A stretch of DNA of 64,000 bases from NCBI GenBank assembly GCA_050613775.1, contig JBODTK010000154.1, positions 1 through 64,000 on the forward strand. The letters run 5' to 3'. The translations under genes and the position numbers were made by a program. Under the pieces are notes generated by a model that saw only the letters and a program-made list of their open reading frames with translations, was not told the origin of the DNA and did no database searches. The DNA is from Neocallimastix sp. 'constans' (lineage: Eukaryota). How positions within the stretch are numbered: position 1 is the first letter of the stretch; every line of letters starts with the position of its first letter. This document shows positions 44,997 through 58,942 of the stretch, piece by piece.

Positions 44997-45273
44997 ATTA
45001 TATAATTTAATTATATTTAAATTATAGGAAATTAATTCAAATAATGATGATTTAAGAAAAAGAGTTTTGAATGTTGTTTCTAGAGTCAAGAAAATTTTGA
45101 GACCATTAAGTGAAACATGGAGTGATTTGCTAAATTTCAATAATACAGGATCTGGAGTTTCAGAAGATGATGAGGAAGAAGAAGAAGAAGAGGAAGAAGA
45201 AGAAGAGGAAGAAGAAAATAATGAAGATAAAGATGAAAATGATGATAATGATGATAATGACGATGATAATTAG
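40777..45273 (+). CDS. YSH1: Pre-mRNA 3'-end processing endonuclease CPSF73/Ysh1 (metallo-beta-lactamase/beta-CASP), ~916 aa, 12 exons
   Basis: Exons 40777-40917, 41205-41302, 41472-41517, 41603-41685, 41762-42093, 42365-42693, 42781-42876, 43000-43146, 43328-43720, 43895-44036, 44163-44860 and 45028-45273 join in frame. Motifs: [75 protein letters not shown]. Confidence 0.96.
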
Positions 45274-45911
45274 ATAATCGGAGAGATAAATTTTATAATC
45301 AAAAAAAATTTCTAAAATTATAATTTATTATTATTCCAAGTTTATATATATCATTAAAATTACCATCTTGTTTCTTGTTTATTCATTAAAGCTAAAATAT
45401 ATTGATAGTTTTTAACATCAAACATTTATATTTTATATAAATTATATATGTTAATTTATTTATTTATTTTTATTTTTATTTTTTTTTTTTTTTTTTTTAG
45501 TTATTTTATTTTATTTTTTCCTTTTTATCGAATTTTTTTTTTTTTTTTTTTAATATATATATTTCAGTCATTATTATAAATTTTTTTTTTTTTTTTTTTT
45601 TTATTTTATATTAATAATGTTTTTAAAACTTTTAAAATAAATTATAATATAAAAGTAATAATTAAATATTATAATATATAAATGTATAGTATAAAAAATA
45701 AATATTTCCATAAATAAAAATAATTTAAAGAAAATCTTTTTTTTTTTTTTTTAAATTTAAATTTTTTAATTAATCATATATTTATAATTATTATTATTAT
45801 TTTATATTACATAGTAATACAATACATTATACAATTATTTTTAATAAAAATATTTAGATATAATCATTATTTCTTATATTTAATATTTTTTTTTTTACAT
45901 AGATTTTATTC

Positions 45912-45958
<47 letters not shown>

Positions 45959-45969
45959 TAAAGAGAAAA

Positions 45970-46428
45970 ATGTTAAAAAATATAATCGATAAAAATGTAA
46001 TTACAAGTTTAAGTAAAAGCAGAAATATAATAAATGCAAAATCAATTAAATTAATAATAAATAATAAAATAAAGCAGAAAATTTTAAATAATGGAAGTAT
46101 ACAAAATCAATGTAGAAATCAATGTAGAAATTATTTAGTGAGTAGCAGGAATTATTCTACTAATAGTAATAAAAATCCTTTTTTTGGATTATTACCAAGA
46201 AATGAGAATACTTTTCAATTAAAAATATCGAATTCAATAAATGATTCATCATTTAAATCAATCATAAATAAATATTATAAAAAAAAATATTCTACTGAAA
46301 CAAAAAAGAAGTATAAAGATGTACAAGGAGAATTGAAACAAAAATTAGAAGTGGTTCCTTTTAATTTATTAAGTAATGAAGCTAAGGAGGTAATATAATA
46401 AATATAATATAATGTATATATAATTTTT

Positions 46429-46473
<45 letters not shown>

Positions 46474-46740
46474 AAGAAATATTATTCTTTATAATAAAGA
46501 TTTATTAAATAAAAAAAGTATAATGAAATTATAGAAGTTTAATTTTTATATTAATAAGAACTAATAGATTCATTATTTACAAATATTTGTTTTATTTATT
46601 ATTTTAATTATTTTAATACTATTATATATATATAAATTTTATATAATTCATATTAAAAAATATAATTTGATAATTATAATAAATAAAATAATATGAATTA
46701 TAAATTATTATTATTATTTTTTTGTTAATCAAATATAATA

Positions 46741-46835
<95 letters not shown>

Positions 46836-48396
46836 CTAAATTAAATAAAAAAGATATATAAAAAATATCATACAGGAACATTTTATTCCAATTTTTTCTT
46901 AAATTTTAAAAAAGTTGAACAGAGGTATGTACCATTTTGGGTATCTTCAGCAATCGTTAATGTAACTATCGTTTCTTGTCAAGTTGGTTATGATTATGTG
47001 GCTCAAGTTTTAAATCCTATTACTAAACGAATGGAATGGCAAAATTTAACAGAATGGCAATATATCTATGAATTACCTTTAACATTTCAAAAAAGTTATC
47101 GAGGAGATATGGAAATTATGCAACATTATGCTTCAAAAAAATATCCATTAAAATATATGAAGAAATTAAGAGGTGAATTTGTAAATAATTCAGTAAAATG
47201 GAATGATTCTTATTTATATGATAATACTAAAATAGAAGGAAATAAAAGAAGAAAACTAGATTTATTTGAAGTAACCCCAGAAGAGGCTATTAAATTGGCA
47301 TGGAAAGAAATTAATAATAATGAATATAACCAAGCAGAAAACTTTTTACGTGAGCATTATGGGGCAGATAAAGTTAGATTTTTAAAAATTAATTGTGAAC
47401 CAGTTTCATTAAGAATTTCACCAATTTATGTACCTTTATATGTTTTCAAAACTAATTTTTTTAATTCTGATTTCCATACCTTTGTTAATGCTAATAATGG
47501 TAAGGTTTCTGGTGTTCATCATTATGCTTTTGAAATTATTGGATTAATAGCAAGTGGCACCTCCTTATTTTATTGGTTCTTAACGGAACCAGAATTTATT
47601 CATCAAATCTTTAAATTTAAATACATCTTTTCAAAATTAATTTTACCAACAGTTTTTGTTGGTCTTTTAACTTTATTCTTCCCATTTATCATAAAATATT
47701 ATTACAAACATCAATTGCATTATGAAAGCATGAAAATTTTTGCAAGAGAACAACAAAATGCTCAAAATAGAAAGCGGGGAAAAAGAACAAGATGGAATTA
47801 TGAATGGGTTAGACCATTAAGTGAAGAAAATAGAAGACAAAATTATTATGAGGAGCAAGTTAGAAATAAGAATTATCAACAACAGCAAAAATATAAGAAC
47901 AGAAAATCTTTCTGGTCATCTTGGAGAGATAGTTATGAATCAACAAGAAATTCTAATACTAATACCAATACCAATGAAAATTCTAATACTTATAGTAATA
48001 CTTCTTCATCTTCATCAAATGTTAACATTAATGATTTAACATTATATAAGGTATTAGGTGTAAAGCCAACGGCTACAAAGGAGGAAATTCAAAAGGCCTT
48101 CCGTGAAAAGGCCTTAAAGACTCATCCAGATAGATTCCAAAAAACAGAAGAAAAAGAAAAAGCAAAAGAAAAATTCCAAGAAATTATTAATGCTTATACA
48201 ATTTTACGTGATGGTAAATACATTTTTTTTTTTTCCTTTGTTAATAATAAATAAAATTTAGTGTTATATATATATATATATATTTTATTAAATTATAATA
48301 TTAAATAAATTATTAATATTTATAATTTATTATTTATAATTATAAATTTTAGATAAAAAGAGAAAACACTATGATTTAACTGGTGAAATGCTTTAA
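45970..48396 (+). CDS. Membrane-anchored DnaJ-domain protein (C-terminal J domain), ~607 aa, 3 exons
   Basis: Exons 45970-46389, 46854-48213 and 48353-48396 join in frame. J domain LYKVLGV...EEIQKAFREKALKTHPDR...FQEIINAYTILRDDKKRKHYD, two hydrophobic segments before it, and a basic N-terminal leader. Confidence 0.88.
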
Positions 48397-48435
48397 AAAA
48401 ATTTGGGGGTATAAATAATTTTAGAAATATAATTG

Positions 48436-48470
<35 letters not shown>

Positions 48471-48936
48471 ATTAAAAATAATATAATAAATATAAATCTA
48501 TTATGTAATATTTATTTATGATATGAAAATATACTAATAATAAAAAAAAAAAAAAAAAGACAGTTAAATGGTTATATAAATAATAATAAATATACAAATA
48601 AATAATAATAATAATAAAAATAATAATAATAATAAAAATAAAAATAATAATAAAAATATTATATTATATTATATTATATTTATTATTATCATTATTAATA
48701 TTTATTACTTAAATAAAATTTATATTACTATTTAAATTTCATTTAATACTATTTTAGTTCCAATATTTTGTATAATTAATATTTATCATTAGTTATAGAA
48801 ACTGTATTCATTAAGGATATATATATATATATTATTGCATAAAATTTTCTATGATTAATAAAAATTTGTTATTTTTTGATTTTTTATTATTTTTTATTTT
48901 ACTTAATCTTTTACATATTTTAATTTAAATTATATA

Positions 48937-48976
<40 letters not shown>

Positions 48977-49040
48977 AATATAATACATAAAAATATATTA
49001 ATCTATTTAATAATGCACTGTACGTGTATTCTCTTCCTCG

Positions 49041-49099
<59 letters not shown>

Positions 49100-49104
<5 letters not shown>

Positions 49105-49871
49105 TAATATTTTGGGAAATATTCTTTAAAACAATAATTGATTGATTGTAAGCACTATTAAAAAGAAATATATCATTTGCTTTTTCCCTTTGACCCAATC
49201 AATCAATCAATAGTTTTGAATATCACATAAATATCAATATTAAAACCAGTCAGTCCACCACTATTATCATAATAGGACAAGAATGGTTAAATTACTTTTA
49301 ATTCTTTCTATTATTTCTCCTTTTGTCATAATATAATCCATATCTGACTTTCAATCTATTTTTATTGTTGCAATGTAAAGATCAATCAGATTTTACTTTT
49401 TAGTTAGTGATTTAAGTCTTCCACCAACAATTATATTATTAATCAATTCATTGACCTTTATTTTTTTTATTTTTATAGGGCAAGTACTGCATCATTCTGT
49501 GAAAGTGATGTCGTATAATCTGACTGTGAAAAGATAATGGGTCACCACGAAGTGCTTCTTCACCGGCTGTCGCAATTCCTGCCAACATTTATGCCCCAAA
49601 AAGACTTTTCACATTTGTATATTTGGAAGCATCTGATTGTTTGATAATAACAACTTGTTTATTATTTATATAGGGTCAGTCACTGTCAATAAAAATCCAT
49701 ACAAAATCAATATTTTTTTTTTTTTTTTTTTTTTGTTTCTAATTCTATTTCCTTCCTATCCCATTTAATTTTTTTGAACATAATATCAATACCAAGTTTA
49801 GAACAAATAGCCTCATCAAATTTATTATCGAAAATGGTTAAAAAACCATCACCATCAATATATGTTTTCAT
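49100..49871 (-). pseudogene. Decayed bacterial-type amino-acid ABC transporter substrate-binding protein (PBP type 2 / SBP family 3), apparently two tandem domains
   Basis: Broken frames read MKTYIDGDGFLTIFDNKFDEAICSKLGIDIMFKK...IDFVW...KQVVIIKQSDASKYTNVKSLFGA*MLAGIATAGEEAL...SQSDYTTSLSQNDAVLA...KVNELINNIIVGGRLKSL...DMDYIMTKGEII...SYYDNSGGLTGFNIDI. Confidence 0.7.
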
Positions 49872-50093
49872 TTAATTTATAATATATATTTTTATTTCAT
49901 AATGAAAAATAAAAAGGGAAAAAAAAAAAAAAAATAAAAATAAAAACAAATATATTAATATGGAAAACTCTAAACATTCCTTTTGTTATATTTTAACATG
50001 ATGTTTATATATTATAAATTTCTATAAATATATATATATATTTGTATTTTACTTGTTTATTTATAGGATAATATTTATAAGATAATATTTATT

Positions 50094-50128
<35 letters not shown>

Positions 50129-50586
50129 TTGGGATTAACGGATCTCTCCCTTAAAAGAATCAGAATTTTATTTGATTCTTTGCTATACCATTTCGATGTG
50201 GACATCTCTCTAAGAAATGTTAAACAAAGGCTAATATGGAAAAGATATTCACTATACACCGCTATATAGGAAGGACTTCTTTTCAGTGCTTACTCGAACC
50301 ATATCATCAAGGGAAAAACAGCCACACTAATCCTCAAAAAGACTAGTCATTGAAATGAACATTTAAATAATATAAATTATAAATTTAATAAACGTATGAC
50401 GAATAATATTCAAGAATAAAATAAATATCTATAATTAAAACTAAATGGATAGTCCATATTGATATAAATAAAATTATTAAAAAAGATTTCAGTGAATTAT
50501 TATAATTTTAATGATTAAAATTATAATTTTAATGATTAAACCCATTAGATCATTATTAAAATTCAATTTTTTTACAAGCACTTGAG

Positions 50587-51037
<451 letters not shown>

Positions 51038-52124
51038 ATAAAAAAAACAAATTAATGGATAGGATTGATCAAGTTGAAATCTATATAATGAAGTAATATT
51101 GCTAAAGTCAATCAATGATAAAAAAAAAAAAAAAAAAAAAAAGCAAAACAAAGCAAAGCGAATAAAATAAAATGAAGTAAAGTATAATAGAATAAAATAA
51201 AATTAAATAAATAGTGGAAATATAAATACAAATACATAATGAATAATATAAAATAAATAGTTGAAATATAAATATAAAGTACAAATTGAATAAAATAAAA
51301 TAAATAGTTGAAATATAAGTATAAAGTACAGATTGAATAAAATAAAATAGAAGAGAATAGAATAAACATTAAAATCATTTATCAGTAGTTCCTGAAATTC
51401 TCTTTTTCTACAATGTTATTATTTTTACGTTTTATTAATTATCTTTTTTGTATATTTATTTTAATTTTAATAAAAACTCTCATTTGTAGATATTAAGATA
51501 CAAAATATAATAATATATATTTTTAAAAATTCAATGATTAATTAACCTTTATATAAAAGATATGAACTTATTAAATGTAAATAAATTAAATAGTTCATTG
51601 TAAAAAAAAAAAAAAAAGAAATAAAAAAATAAAAAATAAAAATATAAAATATAAAATATAAAATATAAAACTAGTTTAAAAAATATATGTAAAATGTCAA
51701 TATTTAATTATCTTTTTTATATTAATAATTATAAAAATATATAATGTTGAAACTTTATTTACTAATAATTTATTTTTTATTTTTAAATATATTTATTAAA
51801 ATTTTAATGATATAAAAATAAAAATATTAGGATAAACTATCAATAAATAATAAATTGCATTAATTCATGTATAATTCAACTCTATGTAAATGAAAATTAT
51901 ATATACAGATTTTTTTTTTTTTATAAATACCTACTTATATATAAATTATATTAATAATAAAACAACTAATAATATTAATTATTCAAATACATACTAATAC
52001 TAATAATACTCCAATAATACTACTTAAAGAAACAGAATGAAAAATTAATAATAAATAAATAATAATAATAAAAGTTAATAAATCAATAATAAAATAAATA
52101 AATAATATTTAAAATAAATAAATA

Positions 52125-52380
52125 AATAATAATAAAAAGGAATATATAATAATAAAAGGAAGTATATAATAACAAAAAGAAATATATAATAACAAAAAGT
52201 AATATATAATAATTAATAATTAAAAGGAATATATAATAATTAAAAGGAATATATAATAACAAAAAGAAATATATAATAATTAAAAGGAATATATAATAAT
52301 AAAAATAAATAAGTAAATAATAAAAAGGAATATATAATACTAAAAAGGAATATATAATAATAAAAAGGAATATATAGTAA
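52125..52380. repeat. ~21-bp minisatellite (AAAAGGAATATATAATAAT-like)
   Basis: About ten imperfect units are visible; they generate the spurious ORF 52083-52430. Confidence 0.8.
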
Positions 52381-52908
52381 TAAATGATGTAAAAAAAAAT
52401 AAAAATAAAAATAAAAATAAATATTTTCAAAGTTTTTATAAATTGAATTTAATTTTTGAAATATATTGGGTACCGAAAAAATAAAAAAAAAATTAAATTA
52501 ATTAACATTTAATTTAATGATATATTTGTATTATAATTAATAAATATGTTTAATTATATTATGTAATATGATTTAAAAATAGATATTACTTTAAATCATT
52601 AATTATTAAATTCTATAAATTTATTTCGTTTTTTGTTTCATACTCTTTTTATATATACACTTCATATATCCATTATTGTTATAAAAAAAGAAAAAAAAAT
52701 GTATAAAATGATATTATAATTTTCTTTTAAATATTTTTTTTATAATATAAAAAAAAAAAAATTATTTAAATAATTAACTTCAATAACTATATATTATTTT
52801 ATTTACTTCATACTTAAGAATTCATAAATTAAAGTCAATAAATAAATTAAAACATCTTGTTTATCTAATAATACAAAATTTTATAAAAAAAAAAAAAAAA
52901 AAAAAAAA

Positions 52909-55874
52909 ATGAAACCTATATTTTTAATAAGTACAATAGTATTACTAATACCGTCAGCAATTGTTCATTCTCATGTTTTACCTAATGAAAACAATGAAGT
53001 CACTAATCAAAATGTGAATGGTAATTTACGATAGTCATTAATATAAAATAATATACATTTTATTTTAATATATTAATAATATTTTTAAATATTATTATCT
53101 ATTATCTTAATAAATATATTTTAATCATTATAACAATATAACTAACAATCTACTACTGGGGGATGCTATAATATTACAGAAGGTACAGATAATGGTATAA
53201 ACGACAATTATGATTATTATAAAAATTATAATAATAATGATGGTAATACCAATAATGATGAAACATATAATAATAGTAATGATAATAATATGAATGAGGA
53301 AGTAATTGAAGATGTTAATAATGGGGATGAAGATTACGAATATAATGATAAAAATAATTATAATTCAAATAATTATCAGTATCATGATAATGATCTTTTC
53401 AACAAGTTCAATTATAATAATAAAGATATAGGTAATATTAATAATGAAAAAATAAACTATAATATAATCAATGATAATAACAATAAGATAAGTGAAAATA
53501 ACAATACTCAAACAGATAACGATTCAAAAAGTAATGAAAACATACCATCAAACAATAATGAAGAAACAGTGAATCAAGAAATGAAACCATCAAATGAATC
53601 TAATGAATCGAATGAAACTAATGAATCTAATGAATCTAATGAATCTAATGAATCTAATGAATCTAATGAATCTAATGAAATCCCAAATAATAATTATACT
53701 CCTTATATGAATTTTGTTGACCCAACTATTGATATTTCGCCTCCTGAAAATGAAGATATGACTTCCGAAAAATCTGCGAACACTGAAAATAAACCTGAAA
53801 TTAATACTAATACTGAAACTAATAATAATGATAATGATAATAAAGATAGCGATAATACAAATAATGATAATAATGATACAAATAATGACTCAAACTCAAA
53901 TAACAGTAATGATAATATTACTACCACTACCGATGATACAACTGATAATAATAATAATAATAATAGTAATAATAACACAAATGATCCACCCACACTACAA
54001 GATACAAAACCATTTAAAGTTGGTTTTAGTGCCCCTATGGAAGGAGGTGCTGATATAATGGATATATCATTAGATATATCATCTTATGACACAGAAATGA
54101 ATACAGATAATATCAATAATAATAATGATAATAATACTAATGAAAGTAATAATGAAGAAAATAATAATGATAAAAATAATAATGAAGAAAATAATAAAGT
54201 AAATACTAACAGTAATACAAATAAAAGTAACGAAGAAAATTCAAATAAAGATAATAATTCAACTTCAGATGCAAATGCTCCAAATATTGAAGATACTAAT
54301 ACTAATAATGGAAAAGAAAACACTGATAGTAATGGTGAATCTAATAATTTAAATAGTGATTCAAAGTCAAATACTAATGATTCATTTAAACCTGGCTTCA
54401 GTGCCACCATGGTTGGTGGTGCAGACATATTGGATATTTCATTAGAAAATGATGCTGATAACCCCATTAATTCAAATAATTCTGATTCTAATAATAAAAC
54501 TGAAACAAACGACGATTCAAATAATCTAGATAGCAATATTAATACTAATCCTTATGATAATACAAATACAAACACAAATACAAATACAAATGAAAATGAA
54601 AATAAAGATATAAATGATCAAAATACAAATACAAGTATGGAACAAAATATAGAAAATCCAATATCAAGTAATAATAATTCAGGTACAAAGCAACTTCCAA
54701 AAGTTAATTCAGTAAATAAAAATATAAATACTGATGAAAATATTAATGATGATAACAGTATCCACATGGATGAACAAATATATGATACAAATTATGAAAG
54801 CATTAATGATACATTAAATAACAATTCCAATACTATTATAAATAATGAATCAAATTCAAATTTAAAAACTGAGAATAATGATATTAATAGTTCTTCTTTG
54901 AATGGTACATCATCAACAAGCAATGATAATTCCGAAAATAATGGAATTGAAACTAGTAGTGATTATGATAATAGTAATGCCTATGATACACCTTCTCTTA
55001 ATATTCATAAAATTGGAGCAAATCAAGTATATAATAAAGATGCTAATGAAAATTATATCGCCAATGAAGATGTTTCAAATGAATCAAATAGTAATCAACC
55101 GCCTATTACCGATAATACTTTTAATAATGATCAACCTAAAAAAGGAAAATCCTTCAGATCTATTTCTATTTTATCAGTTATGGGATTAACGTTAATTGTA
55201 TGTGCTGCCATTTTTGTTAAAAAACGTTATTCAAATGTATGTATTAAAAAAAAAAATTAAAATATATAATTTTATATACATAAAAATAATTACTTAATTT
55301 TTTTTTTTATTTTATTTATTTAATTATTTAATGAAATTAATATTATTATTACATTTAATATATATTAAATTAATTACTGTTAACATATTTTAATAATAAT
55401 ATAATATAATAAAAAAAAAAAAAAAAGTCATCTAAAGGTTACCAAAAACAAAATGAACGAATTTTATATGCAGATGAAGATCCAATGATGGAGGATATTT
55501 ATTCTAATAATAATAGTATTCATGAAAATTTACCATTTATAAATACAGACTATTCCCTCTATAGTCAAAGTACTGGAAGAATAGGATCAATACCTAAATC
55601 AGGTGTATCTCCTATAGTTTTACCATATCCAGTTGCTACTAAGTCTCAATTTACTCCCAAACGTTCACAATTTAATCCATCTCCTCTACAATCTCCATAC
55701 CATCAATATCAAAATACAGGAGGAATTAATATGAATTCTAACTATTATGATAGTTATAATAATACAAATGAATTCATTGTTACAGATGATAGTAACAATG
55801 GACGAGCATCGGTAACAGTCGAACCCAAAAATTACGATATGGATTATATTAATTATAGTAAAAAAATGGAATAG
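52909..55874 (+). CDS. Asn/Asp-rich type I membrane protein (signal peptide, long low-complexity ectodomain, one TM, cytoplasmic tail), ~871 aa, 3 exons
   Basis: Exons 52909-53020, 53180-55236 and 55428-55874 join in frame. Signal peptide MKPIFLISTIVLLIPSAIVHS; TM ISILSVMGLTLIVCAAIFV followed by KKR. Confidence 0.8.
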
Positions 55875-56322
55875 AAGTAACAATAGTAATAGTATTAATA
55901 ATAAATGGAATAGAAGTAACAATAGTAATAGTATTAATAATATAAGTAAAACTAATTAAAAATATTTTGGTACACATAAATAGATTAAGTAAATATATTA
56001 TTATATATCTAATATAATCTTTTGAATACTAAAAAATAATATATTTCAATATATACATATTATAATTTCAATGAATATTTAGTATATTTATAAATTTATG
56101 CTAAATTAAATAGAAATACTAATAAAATAAAATATACATATTAAAAATATTAAAATATATATACATATATCTATATATTTAATTTTGAATCATATATGAA
56201 TTATTTTAACGTATTATTAATTTTATATTAATAACCTAAATCATAAATAAATATAAGTTTATAAATTTATATATAATAAATATTAAAAAAAGAAGTTATA
56301 ACAAATAGAGCATTTAATTTTA

Positions 56323-56353
<31 letters not shown>

Positions 56354-57018
56354 TTTATGAAAAATATTTATTAAATAAATTTAGTTTATGAAATTAAAAC
56401 AAGTGATTAGTAAATTAAAAATATATAAGAAATAAGTTTATTTAAAAAAATCTTATTAAACAAACAATATATATATATATAATATTATTTGAATTTAATT
56501 AATATTATATATATATATTATTAATTTTTTTTTTTTTTTAAATAATTATAAATTTATTTATCATTTAAAAATTAAATTTATAATAAAGGCATTAATAACT
56601 AAAAAGTTCACATACAAAATAATTGTAATTAATATGGATATATAGTTATGACTTATTAGTATAATTATAATAATAATAATAATAATGCCATAATACTTAT
56701 TTAAATATATATAGGTATAGGTTTATTCAATAAAGATTTATTATAAATAATAAAATTTTTTAACATAAAAATATTTTCTATATTTATTTAGAATTTCTAA
56801 TTATTATATATTTAAAAGTATTTAATCTTTTGAATTTATTTATTTATTTTAATTATTTAATTATTTAATATTTTACTTATATATTTATATTAAGAAATAT
56901 TAATTTCGTAGTATTATTAAATAATCAGTTCCAAAATTTTAATGATTTATTATAATATGTATTGTTTTATATATTTTTATGGATAGATAATTTTTCAATA
57001 ATTTTTTTTTTATGTTGT

Positions 57019-57049
<31 letters not shown>

Positions 57050-57053
57050 GTAT

Positions 57054-57112
<59 letters not shown>

Positions 57113-57266
57113 TATAATAAAAAATATTTAACATCATCATAAACTTTTTCTTATTACCACATTTTAATATAAATTAACCATTCATTTTATTCTTTACATC
57201 TTTCATTTTTTTAAATATTTAAATATTTTTATTTTTCAAGGATAATACCTTTTATTATAATTATTA

Positions 57267-57307
<41 letters not shown>

Positions 57308-58264
57308 TTTTTATTTTATAATATATTCTCTTTTTTTTTTTTTTTTTTTTTTTTTATGAATTTTAATTCTATTTTTATTGTATAATAAATTTATTTAAAC
57401 GGATATTATAATTTAAACATTATTCCATGGAAAGTTAAAATATTCACATTATGTATATACTTTATATACATAATGTGAATATTTTAAATTTCTATATTTT
57501 AACATATAAATATATTATTTTATTTTATTTTATTTTTAACTGCTAAAAATAATTGAAAAAAATGTGGTAGACTATAAAATTTGTTAATTATTATATATTC
57601 ATTTATTTGATATAATTTTAATATTTCTGTAAATATTAAAATAAAATTTTATAATATTTTTTTTAAATAAAATATCAAATAACTAATCAAATTCAGCATT
57701 AACAATCATAATTTACATATATATATGAACTATTAATCGCAATATATCAACATATGCATCAAACTACCAAACTATATTATATTATAAATATTAAAGTTGC
57801 AAATCTTTTCATATATTTTATTCTTTTATTTAGCTTCTTTTTTTTTTTTTTTATTTAATTAAATTTTTCAAATTTTATTTTTTTTTTGTCATGCATTTTT
57901 TTTACATATTTATTTACTTATATATTCAATATTTAAAAATATTAACATAATTTAATACTATTGTAAACTTTTATTTCTTACAATGCTTTAATATAAATTA
58001 AGATTTCATTTTATTACTAATATTGTTTAATATTTTTTATATTTCTAGTAAATGATGTTTACCCTTTTTTTTTTATTATTGTTATTATTATTATTATTTT
58101 TATTAAATTTTTTATATATTTAATTTAAATAATTATTATTTTATTCACAATATTTTCCTTTTAAATTTTAATTCCAATTTTTATATATAAACTGATTTAT
58201 TATATTTTTTATATTAATAATTCATTTACTTTTGTTATTAAATACTCTCTTTTTTTAGTTAATA

Positions 58265-58305
<41 letters not shown>

Positions 58306-58335
58306 CTTTTTTTAATTTTTTAATTTTTTTATTTA

Positions 58336-58381
<46 letters not shown>

Positions 58382-58720
58382 TAATATTATTATTATTATT
58401 ATTATTATTTTATATTTATCAATATTTTTCAGTTGCTTTTTTTTATTTTTTTACAGAATTTATTCGTCTATTGAATGCTTTTACAAAAAAAGAAAAAAAA
58501 AAGTTTACAAGAAAATATAAAAGTATAAAGCAAAAAAGAAAAAAAAAAGAAAAAAATTATATATATATGTAAAAATAAAAATTTTAACAATTTACATTAA
58601 TATATGAAAAAAATAGAAAGCATATATATATGTAAATATACAGAAAATATTAATTTAAATGTATTTATATGATATATTTTGTAATACATTTTAATAAATT
58701 TTGATTTTTAAACAAAACTT

Positions 58721-58755
<35 letters not shown>

Positions 58756-58942
58756 TCTTATTCTTTCTTATTATAAAATAAATGGTTTTATACTATTATA
58801 CTACTCTATTTTTTTTTTTTTTTTTTTATCATTATTATTTATTGTATTTTATTAAAAAATAAATGAAAACAAAAAAAACTAATGAAGGATTTTTTTTATT
58901 AATATTCTTCTATTAGTGATATCATTCTAAGGATATTATTTC

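Noticed and set aside
50128..50370. Higher-GC segment upstream of repeat copy C
   Set aside because: All frames examined are interrupted and no motif was recognised; possibly part of the same element but unsupported.
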